Of a stretch of DNA of 57,026 bases, positions 18,897 through 28,377 are shown piece after piece. The stretch covers positions 1 to 57,026 of the forward strand of contig JAYGFR010000364.1 in assembly GCA_046581755.1 (NCBI GenBank), in the 5' to 3' direction. Numbering within the stretch: the first letter of the stretch is position 1; each line of letters opens with the position of its first letter. The position numbers and the translations under genes were made by a program. Origin of the DNA: Nitrospinota bacterium. GTDB taxonomy: Bacteria > UBA8248. Below the pieces are notes generated by a model. That model was not told where the DNA came from. It worked only from the letters and a program-made list of their open reading frames with translations, and searched no databases.

Positions 18897-19079
18897 TTAG
18901 CCTTCTTGGACGGCAATGACCTTTTGTCCTTTGTAGAATCCACAAGTCGTGCAAACGCGGTGCGGTAAAACAGGGGCCGCACAATTTGCGCATATGGCTA
19001 CAGCGGGCATGCCCACTTTCCAGTGAGTCCTCCGCTTACGCCCTCTGCTTTGCGAATGACGGCGCTTGGGAAGTGCCAT
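18897..19079 (-). CDS. rpmF: 50S ribosomal protein L32 (zinc-ribbon type)
   Basis: MALPKRRHS, CANC...HRVCTTCGFYKG. Confidence 0.97.
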   Translation of the reverse strand: MALPKRRHSQSRGRKRRTHWKVGMPAVAICANCAAPVLPHRVCTTCGFYKGQKVIAVQEG

Positions 19080-19145
19080 ACAAAATACCTCCTAAGAAAA
19101 AATTCAAAAAACGGCAACCCCCTTCGTGCAGGGTGCCTAGCCAAT

Positions 19146-19685
19146 TCAGTCTTTTCCCCAATCTTCCAATGCTGCCAACCGCGAGTCGGTGTTCGACTCC
19201 ATACCAACCCCCATCCCCTGCTTAAGGCGATAACATAAATCAGGTTCATCCCCCAAGCACTTTTCTGGACATTTGGGCTGGATCGGAATTCCTAGGCCAA
19301 GCTGGTCCCGGACCGGATTCGAAAGGTCAACTTGGTCGTTCTCAATTTTGTAAACCTCTATATCGCGTTCTCTCAGTTGAACTTCCTCTACAGATTCGGT
19401 CTGTCTCGCAAGAGGTAGTTGGAAGTAAGCTGTAATTTCTTCCTCGACGGCAAGATCGATTTTAGCAGAACCGAGGGAACACTCCACCAAAAATGAACCA
19501 AGGACCCTTCCCTGGAATAACGCCTCATGTTCCCCTGTACGGTCAAGAGTTCCTTTTAAACACACCCCTGACAGAGGAGGCCAATTATGGGCATCCAGCC
19601 CCAGCAATCCCGTATTCACCTCTTCGTCAATTATCAAGCCTCTCTGGGGGATACTCTCAAGGGAAAAAGACAACCTATTTTTCAA
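19146..19685 (-). CDS. yceD: DUF177/YceD family protein
   Basis: Conserved position before rpmF; C-terminal DSRLAALED motif. TTG 19685 follows GGAGG. Confidence 0.85.
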   Translation of the reverse strand: MKNRLSFSLESIPQRGLIIDEEVNTGLLGLDAHNWPPLSGVCLKGTLDRTGEHEALFQGRVLGSFLVECSLGSAKIDLAVEEEITAYFQLPLARQTESVEEVQLRERDIEVYKIENDQVDLSNPVRDQLGLGIPIQPKCPEKCLGDEPDLCYRLKQGMGVGMESNTDSRLAALEDWGKD

Positions 19686-19755
19686 ATTGTCGCCTCCCGA
19701 AATCCAACCGGGAGTCAATCCCAATGGAAGCCTCCAAAGGACTGCAAGTTAGCTG

Positions 19756-19785
19756 ACTATAGGGATCAACATGGGAATGTGTCAA
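19756..19785 (-). promoter_or_regulatory. Putative sigma70 promoter of the yceD-rpmF-plsX-fab operon
   Basis: TTGACA-N18-TATAGT on the minus strand. Confidence 0.65.
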
Positions 19786-19849
19786 TCTGATATCCATGAA
19801 AAACAAGGACGTGAAATGCGTCTACATTATTGATATTAAATGAGTTATA

Positions 19850-20797
19850 TTACAGAATTTGGAGCAACTCAGATAAGCGCCCCTCCCGGACTCCTCCGGT
19901 GGATACTCGAAAGGAGGATTTTTCTGTCCACTTGAATATCTCCTCAACAAAAATGAGACCCGCCAGAGCCACATCCTCCCGGCCTACTTCAAAACCCGGC
20001 AAAGAGCCCCTCTTTTCAACATTTAAAGCCGAGAATTTTCTGACCCAGGCCCCTATTTCCTTGAATGTCATCAGTTCCCCGTTAATTCCTAAATTTCCCA
20101 CAATCCCCTCACGCACGAACCATGCAAGTGCAACAGCCCCCCCACAGCCAATCAAGGACGAAATTTCTGTTTTCAACTGGTCTTTTTTTATATTATCCAA
20201 CATCTGGCGAATTTGACCTGCACATACGGAAACCTGTTCAGGGGGAGTGGGAATATCCCTTAAATACCTTTCGGTGAGATACACCACCCCCGCCGGAATG
20301 CTCACCACTGCACCAACTCGCCCTTGTTGGGAACGAATCAATTCAATGCTTCCTCCACCGATATCAAATACGAGAGCTTCCTCGGGAAAATCTTCAATAC
20401 TACCGACAACCCCGGCGAGCGCCAACCGCGCTTCCTCATCAGCGGATATGATTCGAAGCGGAATGCCCAATTTCTTAGCCTCGGCGATGAATTCGCCTCC
20501 GTTTGAGGCCTCTCGGAGGGCGCTTGTTGCTAGAACGTCCAGCCGATCAATTGAATGCTCCTCGATAATTTTCCAAAATTTTTTCAACGCTTCGAGGCCA
20601 CGCTCCATCGCAGGCCGGGATAATTCACCGGTAGCCGCCAGTCCTTCTCCCAAGCGAACCAACTCTCGCCATCTTCCACGGGACACCAGATTTCCCGACT
20701 CATCCAGGGACGCCATCGCCAGACGGGCCGCATTGGTTCCCAGATCGATGACCGCCGCGAGCAGACGCAATGGCACGCTACTTTCCCTAGATTTCAT
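19850..20797 (-). CDS. ppx: Ppx/GppA family exopolyphosphatase (short form)
   Basis: IDLGTN, ATSALREA, EEARL, DIGGGSIE, GRED and GVREG motifs. Confidence 0.9.
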   Translation of the reverse strand: MKSRESSVPLRLLAAVIDLGTNAARLAMASLDESGNLVSRGRWRELVRLGEGLAATGELSRPAMERGLEALKKFWKIIEEHSIDRLDVLATSALREASNGGEFIAEAKKLGIPLRIISADEEARLALAGVVGSIEDFPEEALVFDIGGGSIELIRSQQGRVGAVVSIPAGVVYLTERYLRDIPTPPEQVSVCAGQIRQMLDNIKKDQLKTEISSLIGCGGAVALAWFVREGIVGNLGINGELMTFKEIGAWVRKFSALNVEKRGSLPGFEVGREDVALAGLIFVEEIFKWTEKSSFRVSTGGVREGRLSELLQIL

Positions 20798-20826
20798 CTC
20801 ATGCCGAAAATTTAGGGTGGAAAATA

Positions 20827-21336
20827 TTATCCGTTTCGATAACGTTCCTTAAGGTGGGAATATACCTGCGGTGTTCGCTGAAATCGAATTCTTTCATCTT
20901 CGCGGAGTTCCCGCACAAATTTCGCCGGCGTCCCCATCCACAGGGTTCGGGGCGGTATCTCTTTTCCCTCGGGAACCAAAGCCCCGGCACCGACGACGGC
21001 ACCTTCCCCCACGATCACATCGTTCAAAATAATGGCCCCCATAGCGACGAGCCCGCCATCCCGAATTTCACATCCATGCACTATGGCTCCATGTCCAATC
21101 GAGACATCATCCCCCAATATACATGGGCATTTCCCTCCCTCGATATGGAGAATAGACCCATCCTGAACATTGGTCCGCTTTCCAATCCGAATTTCCATCT
21201 CGTCACCACGTAAAATACACCCGTACCAAATACTGCTGTCCTCATCGATCTCCACATCCCCGATTAGAACAGCCGTTTCGGCAATCCATGCTTTCTCGTG
21301 AACTTTGGGGAGCTTGCCTTCATACGGTATAATCAT
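20827..21336 (-). CDS. Gamma carbonic anhydrase family (YrdA-like) hexapeptide-repeat protein
   Basis: IGDV-x-I...LRGD...NVQDG...H...IGH-x-A-x-VHGC. Start at MIIPYEGK. Confidence 0.92.
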   Translation of the reverse strand: MIIPYEGKLPKVHEKAWIAETAVLIGDVEIDEDSSIWYGCILRGDEMEIRIGKRTNVQDGSILHIEGGKCPCILGDDVSIGHGAIVHGCEIRDGGLVAMGAIILNDVIVGEGAVVGAGALVPEGKEIPPRTLWMGTPAKFVRELREDERIRFQRTPQVYSHLKERYRNG

Positions 21337-21352
21337 TAATGAAAATCCCCGC

Positions 21353-22786
21353 CTAAAAGATCGGACGTGCGATGCGAGCCGATGCCAAATTCGAAGACCT
21401 TCGCAATAAAGGCGCTCTCTCAAATTGAGAATTTCGAACTTTCACCATTTCCCTAAACTCGAAGAGTCTTTTCCGAGATACTGGATTTCCAGCGGGCACG
21501 CGGGCCGATAACGGATTCATCGGCACTCCAAATCGTTTTAGCCGAAAATCCAGATGAGGCCCCGTGGACAAACCCGTAGATCCGACGAAGCCAATTACCC
21601 TCCCTTGCCGAACCTTGACTCCAAGTCGAATCCTATTCCCGATTCGGGACAGGTGAAAATAAGATGTCTCGTAGCCTCGACTATGACGAATCTTGACCGT
21701 TTTCCCGGCTGCGCCCTTCCATGCAGCCCAAATTATTTTTCCATCCGCTACTGATCGCACCGGAGTCCCCTGCGGGGCAGCGTAATCCACGCCATGGTGA
21801 GCCCGGAACCGCTTCAGGATTGGATGAAAACGCCGGTTGGAAAACCGAGAACTGATCCTTGTGTATTTTAAAGGGGACCTGAGAAAAGACCGCCGCAAGG
21901 TTTGTCCCTCTGGGGTGTAATAAAGATCTCTACCCCCCTCGAACAATACCCCCGAAAATTCCTTCCCTCTTGTTTTGATTCTTGCCGCCAAAATTTTACC
22001 AAACCCTCGAAAACTGCCATCAAGATAACGACGCTCCAAAAGGAGTTCCACATTATCTCCGTTTTTTAAGTCCTTATAAAAATCAATCACCCACTCAAAA
22101 ATTTCACCCAGTTTCATCGCAGTCGAAATGGGAACACCAGCACGGCCTAACGTTCCATAAAGAGTTCCATGAATATTCACGCTGATGCGGACAATCTTGA
22201 TGTCATAAGGAATCCGCTCCAGCCGTGCTCGAAACGAACCCTTCCGGGTCCGGTAAACCCTGATTTGCCGGTCATCGCCAATCTGAATCAAAAACCAGTG
22301 TACTCCATCGTCTGCTACTGCCACTTCATAACCGTTTCCAGGTTTAATTCTGGATAACGAACCATATGGCCGGCTCGCCAAGAGGATTTCCAGTATCTCT
22401 CTGTGCAAGATCCCATTCGCCGCCAAAACGTCATACACCGTGTCTTGGCGCTCAAATCTGGCATTGTGGACGGATAACGAGGACCCACCCCGGATGGTGT
22501 CATCAGGGAAAGGTGAATCGAAAGGCAGTTGCGAAAGCGGTTTTAATTTATTCCCAATCCCTTGTCCCGAATTGCCTTTATCTCCTTTGGCCAAACGCTT
22601 AAAGGGAAAACCTTTGATGGCATTCCAACTCGCCACAATATATTGGCCACCTACCAAGGAAATCGGGAGCCCCGCCAGCACAATGGCCACCAAAAACCGA
22701 GAGAGAAACCGCCCCCAGCTATTACTCGATTTGGCCTGGTCCATCCGCCCATGAAGGAGATTACTCCCCCTCAATTCATATTTCAT
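21353..22786 (-). CDS. M23 family peptidoglycan DD-endopeptidase (MepM/Csd-like)
   Basis: N-terminal TM; RISSRF...HPI...HHGVDYAAP, YFHLS, STGPHLDF. Start uncertain (22744-22804). Confidence 0.92.
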   Translation of the reverse strand: MKYELRGSNLLHGRMDQAKSSNSWGRFLSRFLVAIVLAGLPISLVGGQYIVASWNAIKGFPFKRLAKGDKGNSGQGIGNKLKPLSQLPFDSPFPDDTIRGGSSLSVHNARFERQDTVYDVLAANGILHREILEILLASRPYGSLSRIKPGNGYEVAVADDGVHWFLIQIGDDRQIRVYRTRKGSFRARLERIPYDIKIVRISVNIHGTLYGTLGRAGVPISTAMKLGEIFEWVIDFYKDLKNGDNVELLLERRYLDGSFRGFGKILAARIKTRGKEFSGVLFEGGRDLYYTPEGQTLRRSFLRSPLKYTRISSRFSNRRFHPILKRFRAHHGVDYAAPQGTPVRSVADGKIIWAAWKGAAGKTVKIRHSRGYETSYFHLSRIGNRIRLGVKVRQGRVIGFVGSTGLSTGPHLDFRLKRFGVPMNPLSARVPAGNPVSRKRLFEFREMVKVRNSQFERAPLLRRSSNLASARIARPIF

Positions 22787-22871
22787 CGGGTTCCCATGCA
22801 ACACGCTGGCGGAGCGTAAATAAACTATACATAATCAAGAAACTACATAAATTAGAACCAATTAAGTATCT

Positions 22872-22900
22872 ATTCTAACAGCAGTTATGTCCTTTGACAA
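22872..22900 (-). promoter_or_regulatory. Putative sigma70 promoter of the M23 operon
   Basis: TTGTCA-N17-TAGAAT with extended -10 TG, in an AT-rich intergenic region. Confidence 0.6.
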
Positions 22901-23113
22901 TAAAAAATTATACGTGGTATTCGGGGATGTTACGAAACTGGGAGTGTGCGGATACAATAGAGATGGATAGCACCCATTTATGAATATCCACCAATTTAAA
23001 AATTTGCTTATCATTCAAATAAATCTTTTATATTCAATTAATTATAAGAATTTCCTTCCATTCTAAAGCCTGTCCACCAGGGAGGATAAATTCGGCTGGA
23101 TTTCGACATTCCC

Positions 23114-24367
23114 CTAAGAATTCAATGCCTTACGTATCAAATCAATCGCGAACATTGGCACCCGGGACTGGATGAACTGCTCGTTTCCACCGAAACTGCC
23201 CTCATGACTTAACATTCGGTCGGCTATGGAAAGTTTAAAATAAGTGGGTCCCATCGCTGGGGCCGATCGGCTTTTTTCGGGCTCAATATTCGGTGGCGGA
23301 TTAGGACCAATAACGACCAACGCAATATCAACGCCCATCTCCTCGCGAACCCGGATGGCCAAATCCTCGGCAAAACTCTCACTTCCAGGTTCCTTGTCAG
23401 GGGGAAGATCGAAAATCCGGACCAGTTCGGAGGGATCCACCGCCACGATTCCGCGCCGAAGAAAGTTTACCCGCTCCGGCCTTGAAGAGAGCCGTTGGAC
23501 AATGGCGCCTCCTGTGTTTGTCTCCACAACCACCAGAGAATTTTTCTTTTTGTCCAGTAGCTGAGCCACCTCCTCCTCCAAGGTCACCTCCCCAACGGCA
23601 TACACGGCGAATCCCAGTAGATCACGAACCTTCCCGTCCAGCACATCGATCATTTCCTCGGCTTTTTCGACACTCTCCGCCCTCGCCGTGATTCGGACAT
23701 CCACTTGGCCCGGATGCGCGAGGACGCCGATGCTCGGGTTTACGGATTCGCGGAACAGATCGCCGATTATCTGATCGACGCGGCTCTCGCCCAATCCGCA
23801 GGTCTTTAAAACGCGGGTCCGGATCACCTCGCCCAAATCGAATTTTTCCTGGATGATCGGGATCGCCCGCTCCCCGATGATGTAGCGCATCTCGTGCGGC
23901 ACACCCGGCGCGACGATGATCAGCCCCTTCTCATCCTCGCAATAAAAACAGGGCGCCGTCCCTCTGGGATTTTCGATGACAGTGGCGCCCGCCGGGACAA
24001 ACGCCTGCTGGCGGTTATTTTCGGTCATCTTAAACCCGCGCCGATTGAAATAAGCGTCGATGTAATCATAAAGATCTTGACGAAATTCCAGATCCACCCC
24101 CATCACCCGCGCCACACCCTGGCGCGTCATATCGTCAACCGTCGGACCAAGTCCCCCGGAGGTAATCACTACATGGCTCCGGTCGTGGGATTGGCCGATA
24201 GCGAATACAATCCGGTCCAAGTTATCGCCCACAATTGTCTTGAAATACATATTTACGCCGATGGCCTTGAGTTGATTGGCGATGAACGCACTGTTCGTAT
24301 CGATGAGATCTCCCAGAAGCATCTCGGTACCGATGGCCACGATTTCCGCACGAATCGGTTCAGACAT
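23114..24367 (-). CDS. cinA: CinA family protein (MocF-like ADP-ribose pyrophosphatase domain plus degenerate PncC domain)
   Basis: GTEMLLG...DTN, VGDN, GGLGPTVDDMT, NPRGTAP, PGVPHEM, GLGES. Confidence 0.9.
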   Translation of the reverse strand: MSEPIRAEIVAIGTEMLLGDLIDTNSAFIANQLKAIGVNMYFKTIVGDNLDRIVFAIGQSHDRSHVVITSGGLGPTVDDMTRQGVARVMGVDLEFRQDLYDYIDAYFNRRGFKMTENNRQQAFVPAGATVIENPRGTAPCFYCEDEKGLIIVAPGVPHEMRYIIGERAIPIIQEKFDLGEVIRTRVLKTCGLGESRVDQIIGDLFRESVNPSIGVLAHPGQVDVRITARAESVEKAEEMIDVLDGKVRDLLGFAVYAVGEVTLEEEVAQLLDKKKNSLVVVETNTGGAIVQRLSSRPERVNFLRRGIVAVDPSELVRIFDLPPDKEPGSESFAEDLAIRVREEMGVDIALVVIGPNPPPNIEPEKSRSAPAMGPTYFKLSIADRMLSHEGSFGGNEQFIQSRVPMFAIDLIRKALNS

Positions 24368-24411
24368 TTCCTCTTCCTTTTTGGGTAGAGTGAAAAACGA
24401 AAAGAGCGCGC

Positions 24412-24440
24412 ATCATAGAAAAGTGTCAAAATTTGGACAA
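24412..24440 (-). promoter_or_regulatory. Putative sigma70 promoter of cinA
   Basis: TTGTCC-N17-TATGAT on the minus strand, 45 nt upstream of the start. Confidence 0.55.
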
Positions 24441-24469
24441 TAACCGGAGATTATCGGTCCGAAATCGCC

Positions 24470-25246
24470 CTATGCCGCCTCCAGGCCCAGAATCCCCAAA
24501 ACCTCTTCCACCAGGCCAATCTCGTAATCCGGTGAGACAGCATCCTCAGGCGGCTGCGCCCCCTTTGGATTCAACCAGGCACAGGACATACCCACGCTAT
24601 GAGGACCCTCAACATCGGCCTCGAAATTATCCCCAACAAACAGAACATTCGCCGGTTTCGAATCGAGCATTTCCGCAATTCGCCTGTACAGAACCGGCGC
24701 GGGCTTTCGGTAGCCCGCCTCGCCGGAAATTAGCGTAGCGTCCAAATAATGCGTAATCCCCGTACGCCCTAATAGCCGGTGTGCCGCATCGGCATTATCG
24801 AAATTGCTCACCAGTCCAATCCGTAGCCCCCCATCCCGGAGCCGACCGAGCATTTCGAGGCGTTTGGGGCTGAATTCGGTCGAAGCGATAAGGCGTTCCA
24901 TATGTGTTTCCATCGCGATCACGGCCGCCTCATCTCGGTACCCTGGCGGAATATCCTTCAGGCACATAACGAATTTCCCGAATCGTTCGCGCGAAGTTAC
25001 CTCTCGATATTCGGGGTCTTTGTCCCGCTTCCCCCAGACTTCCTTCGAAGTCTCAACCCATAGCCGGTGGAATTCTTCATATGCGGGAAGCGAAAAATCC
25101 TTTCTCTTTAAAGCCTCGTAGGCAAAAATCGACGTTGTTCGCTCGGGCTTTCCGTTAATTTCGACAACCGGAAACAAATCGGCCCGAAAATCCACCAGGG
25201 TGTCGAACAAATCGAAAACGACCGCCCGAAAACGTGGCTCAGTCAC
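24470..25246 (-). CDS. HAD-superfamily hydrolase (subfamily IA)
   Basis: FDLFDTL, VSN, RKP, FVGDNFEADV motifs. Confidence 0.92.
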   Translation of the reverse strand: MTEPRFRAVVFDLFDTLVDFRADLFPVVEINGKPERTTSIFAYEALKRKDFSLPAYEEFHRLWVETSKEVWGKRDKDPEYREVTSRERFGKFVMCLKDIPPGYRDEAAVIAMETHMERLIASTEFSPKRLEMLGRLRDGGLRIGLVSNFDNADAAHRLLGRTGITHYLDATLISGEAGYRKPAPVLYRRIAEMLDSKPANVLFVGDNFEADVEGPHSVGMSCAWLNPKGAQPPEDAVSPDYEIGLVEEVLGILGLEAA

Positions 25247-25365
25247 TTTTCATCTCCTGCACCTGGCCCGGAATAACTTGCCTGGCATGGATGGGGTGAC
25301 TCTGCCTGTCATATTACCATTCAAACAGATTTTCCCTCGGAGGGATACGGCAAAGGCATTCTCAA

Positions 25366-25872
25366 TTAACCTTCGTATTGAGCGCCCATGTCCATCTTGC
25401 GGTAAGCGCCCCCGTAAAACAGGAGCGGTGGTCGACCGTCTTCTTCTAGAATGATCCTTGTCACCCGCCCTACGACGATCAAGTGATCCCCGCCAGGGAG
25501 TTCTTGGTGCGTCTCGCACTCCAGATTGGCCAGGCTTCCCGTCAAAATAGGTGCGCCATTTTCGCCCGGCTCAAAAGGAATATCGACAAACTGATTTTCG
25601 GCGTCCCTTCCCTTTCCGGAAAACCAATCCGACGTGCTCTTTTGGTCCTCGGCGAGAAAATTGACGATAAATTTTTTCGCTCCCTGAATCACGTTCAAGA
25701 AACTGGCTTTGTAGTCCACGCATACAATGACAAGCGGCGGATCGAGAGAAAGCGAGGAAAAAGCATTGGCGGTCATCCCCCTTCGAACGCCGGAGTTATC
25801 CGCGGTCACAACCGTCACCCCGGTCGCGAATCTACCTAATGTCGTCCGAAATTCTTTAGGGTCCATATTCAT
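25366..25872 (-). CDS. Flavin reductase family protein (HpaC/RutF-like)
   Basis: FATGVTVVT, GMTANAFSSLSLDPP, GGDH and PLLFY motifs. Confidence 0.93.
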   Translation of the reverse strand: MNMDPKEFRTTLGRFATGVTVVTADNSGVRRGMTANAFSSLSLDPPLVIVCVDYKASFLNVIQGAKKFIVNFLAEDQKSTSDWFSGKGRDAENQFVDIPFEPGENGAPILTGSLANLECETHQELPGGDHLIVVGRVTRIILEEDGRPPLLFYGGAYRKMDMGAQYEG

Positions 25873-25942
25873 CGATTAATCCCTTGCCTGGAAAATAATT
25901 CGTGAAATATTCTATTTTTCCTTGAATCTTTCTGATGCATTT

Positions 25943-26668
25943 CTAGGAATTCAGAACCGCGACGACGCGGCAAGGAGAACCCGAACCGCCCCGAATCAAA
26001 AGCGGCATTCCAATATACAAAAACTCCTTGCCGACCACCTCTTCGATGTTCCGGAGATTTTCGGTGTTCGTCCGGCCAAGTTCCCTGCAAACGAGATGGC
26101 AAGGGTAATCCGGGCTGTGGGCCATATCCATGCTGGGGGCATCTGTCGCTACATTGAGTGCCCCACATTCGCCATACACATATTCCGCCGCTTCCCGCGT
26201 CCAGCCTGCGTAGTGGGTGGTGTAGGCAGCATTGGGAAAGTGGCGCTTGTAATGTCCGTAGGTGTAGCAAACCGTATCGCCCGGCTTGATCTCCAGCTTG
26301 TAGTGGTCAAGCCGCCTTTTGACGTCATCGACATCGATGTAGCTGTTGTCCTCGACATTTTCGAAATCTATAGCGATGCCGCGCGTATAGAAAAACTCGA
26401 ACCCCATCTTGTCAATGTTCGGGGCATCCGGAGCAGGGTCCAGATGGCTGATGGAATCGACGTGCGTCGGGCCGTGTTCGCACACCTGGAGAACTCCGCA
26501 ATAATAGCTCATCTCGCTTTTGAATCGACCGCTCGCGGCGCTCTCCTCGTGCGTCATGTTCGTCCACCGCCAGGTGTCCGGATGGCCGATAAAAACGGGC
26601 TGTCCCTGGTAAATCTCCTGCGAGAGATCCACCACTTCGTGATTCTTATAATTGGTCTTTTGCGCCAT
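25943..26668 (-). CDS. Cyclase family metal-dependent hydrolase (kynurenine formamidase-like)
   Basis: DLS, EHGPTHVDSISH, ENL and GSGSPCR motifs. Confidence 0.9.
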   Translation of the reverse strand: MAQKTNYKNHEVVDLSQEIYQGQPVFIGHPDTWRWTNMTHEESAASGRFKSEMSYYCGVLQVCEHGPTHVDSISHLDPAPDAPNIDKMGFEFFYTRGIAIDFENVEDNSYIDVDDVKRRLDHYKLEIKPGDTVCYTYGHYKRHFPNAAYTTHYAGWTREAAEYVYGECGALNVATDAPSMDMAHSPDYPCHLVCRELGRTNTENLRNIEEVVGKEFLYIGMPLLIRGGSGSPCRVVAVLNS

Positions 26669-26715
26669 GCCCCTCTCCTTCGTTCAAACCTCATATATCA
26701 AAAAAAAGCTTCTTA

Positions 26716-27465
26716 TTAATCCATCCACTTCCCGCCATTGACATTCAGGACTGCGCCATTTATATACGCTGCTCTGTCGCTCGCCAAAAAACAAACCGCA
26801 TCCGCCACGTTTTCCGGGGTGCCAAACCGCGCGAGGGGAATTTGACGTTTCCACTCCTCTCCCCGAACCGCGAGCATGTCCCCAATCATTCTGGACTCGA
26901 TGATTCCCGGCGCCACAGCGTTCACCCTCACTTTGGGGGCAAGCTCCAGCGCCAGCGTTCTGCCGAATCCGATAATCCCCGCCTTCGAAGCACAATAATG
27001 GGCATGAAGCGGACTCCCGCGCTGTGCGGCAATCGAGGCGAGATTCACGATGGCGCCGCCGGATTCCTGGTTGGCCATTGACGGTCCAACCGCCTTACAC
27101 GTAACGAACACTCCCTTTAAGTTGACATTCAGGGTTTGGTCCCATTCTTCGAGGGACATCTCCTGGATATTTTTGTGCCGGTAAATGCCCGCGCAATTGA
27201 CCAAAACGTCGATACCGCCCAGGCTCGTTTGAATTTCCCCAACAGCGCTCATCACCGCCTCAAGGTCGATGACGTCAACGCACCTGGAGACCACCTCGGT
27301 GCCGCCGGAACCGAATTCCCGGCAGACCGCTTCCAGGGCCTCGGCATCGGAGTCGATCAACGCCAGCCTTGCGCCGCCGCCAGCAAATCGAGAGGCCGCC
27401 GCACGGCCGATATCTCCCGCGCCTCCCGTGATGAGAACCGCCTTGTTCTCAAATTCTCGCGCCAT
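26716..27465 (-). CDS. SDR family oxidoreductase (FabG-like)
   Basis: TGGAGDIG, NCAG, YCASK, VNAVAPG and NVNGG. Start at MAREF. Confidence 0.93.
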   Translation of the reverse strand: MAREFENKAVLITGGAGDIGRAAASRFAGGGARLALIDSDAEALEAVCREFGSGGTEVVSRCVDVIDLEAVMSAVGEIQTSLGGIDVLVNCAGIYRHKNIQEMSLEEWDQTLNVNLKGVFVTCKAVGPSMANQESGGAIVNLASIAAQRGSPLHAHYCASKAGIIGFGRTLALELAPKVRVNAVAPGIIESRMIGDMLAVRGEEWKRQIPLARFGTPENVADAVCFLASDRAAYINGAVLNVNGGKWMD

Positions 27466-27527
27466 CCGCACCCTGCCGCCTGAGCCATCTTGAAGGGAAA
27501 TGAAATCGGGAATCACTCCGGTAATTC

Positions 27528-27556
27528 ATGCTAGAGGCGGCCCCTGGCCTTGTCAA
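27528..27556 (-). promoter_or_regulatory. Putative sigma70 promoter of the SDR-cyclase operon
   Basis: TTGACA-N17-TAGCAT on the minus strand. Confidence 0.6.
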
Positions 27557-27608
27557 TGAACCGCCTACTGGCAATGTTTCCGCCTCTGGTCGAGGCCAAG
27601 TGGGCAAA

Positions 27609-27638
27609 TTGACACCTGCTCGCTTCCTTCCATACGAT
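27609..27638 (+). promoter_or_regulatory. Putative divergent sigma70 promoter of the mocA-like operon
   Basis: TTGACA-N18-TACGAT on the plus strand. Confidence 0.55.
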
Positions 27639-27717
27639 GGCTTCAACCCTATTTACTAAACGGAGATAGCCGATCCGATGATTCACCCAAATTTCCACCC
27701 AGGCACCCGGTAGATTC

Positions 27718-28347
27718 ATGCCCGGCGCCCCAAAAATTTCCGCCATTCTGCTGGTCGCGGGAAGGTCAACGCGTTTCGGCTCCAATAAACTACTCATGCC
27801 CCTGGGAGGGATGCCGGTGGTGCGCCGAGCCGCCCTTTCGCTGGTAGAATCCAAGGCCGCCGAGGTGATCGCCGTGACTGGGCATCAGGCCGCCGAGGTC
27901 GAGCGGGCCATGGAAAACTTGAACCTCCGGCTGACCCACAACCCCGCCTTCGAATCGGGCCAGGCCACCAGCCTAATCGCGGGCTTGAATGAAGCCGCTG
28001 GCGACGCTGAAGGATATTTGTTCGCGCTCGGGGACCAGCCCCTGATCGGCCAATCGGTGATCGACCGTTTGATCGATGCCTTCGCCGCCTCCGGGGGGAA
28101 GGCGCTCGCCGCGGCCCCCTATTTCGAGGGTCGGCGGGGAAATCCGGTCCTCCTCTCCTCGGCGCTTCGGGAAGAGCTCGCCTCGCTGAAGGGAGACGAA
28201 GGAGCCCGGGGAATTTTGCGAACCCTCCAGGCCGAGTCCCCAGACCGCCTCGCTCCCGTGGAGGTGGATGGCGAGGAGATTTTCTGGGACCTCGATACGG
28301 CAGAGGATTTCGAAAAACTACAGTCCAAATTTAATGGCGCCGAATAA
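27718..28347 (+). CDS. Molybdenum cofactor cytidylyltransferase-like nucleotidyltransferase (MocA family)
   Basis: AGRSTRFGSNKLL, GDQP, GNPV, GDEGAR and DLDT motifs. Confidence 0.88.
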   Translation: MPGAPKISAILLVAGRSTRFGSNKLLMPLGGMPVVRRAALSLVESKAAEVIAVTGHQAAEVERAMENLNLRLTHNPAFESGQATSLIAGLNEAAGDAEGYLFALGDQPLIGQSVIDRLIDAFAASGGKALAAAPYFEGRRGNPVLLSSALREELASLKGDEGARGILRTLQAESPDRLAPVEVDGEEIFWDLDTAEDFEKLQSKFNGAE

Positions 28348-28377
28348 TTCGATCTCAACCATGTGAGGAGAAACCCC

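Noticed and set aside
19815-19842. dif site in the low-GC block (TGATATTAAAT resembles a XerD arm)
   Set aside because: No matching XerC arm at 6-bp spacing; likely a chance match in AT-rich DNA.
22805-23113. ncRNA or replication origin in the very AT-rich intergenic region
   Set aside because: No DnaA-box cluster or convincing RNA structure was seen; it is explained as a promoter region.
26716-27465. Naming this SDR fabG
   Set aside because: Only generic SDR motifs, and it lies in a catabolic-looking operon; orthology cannot be established by eye.
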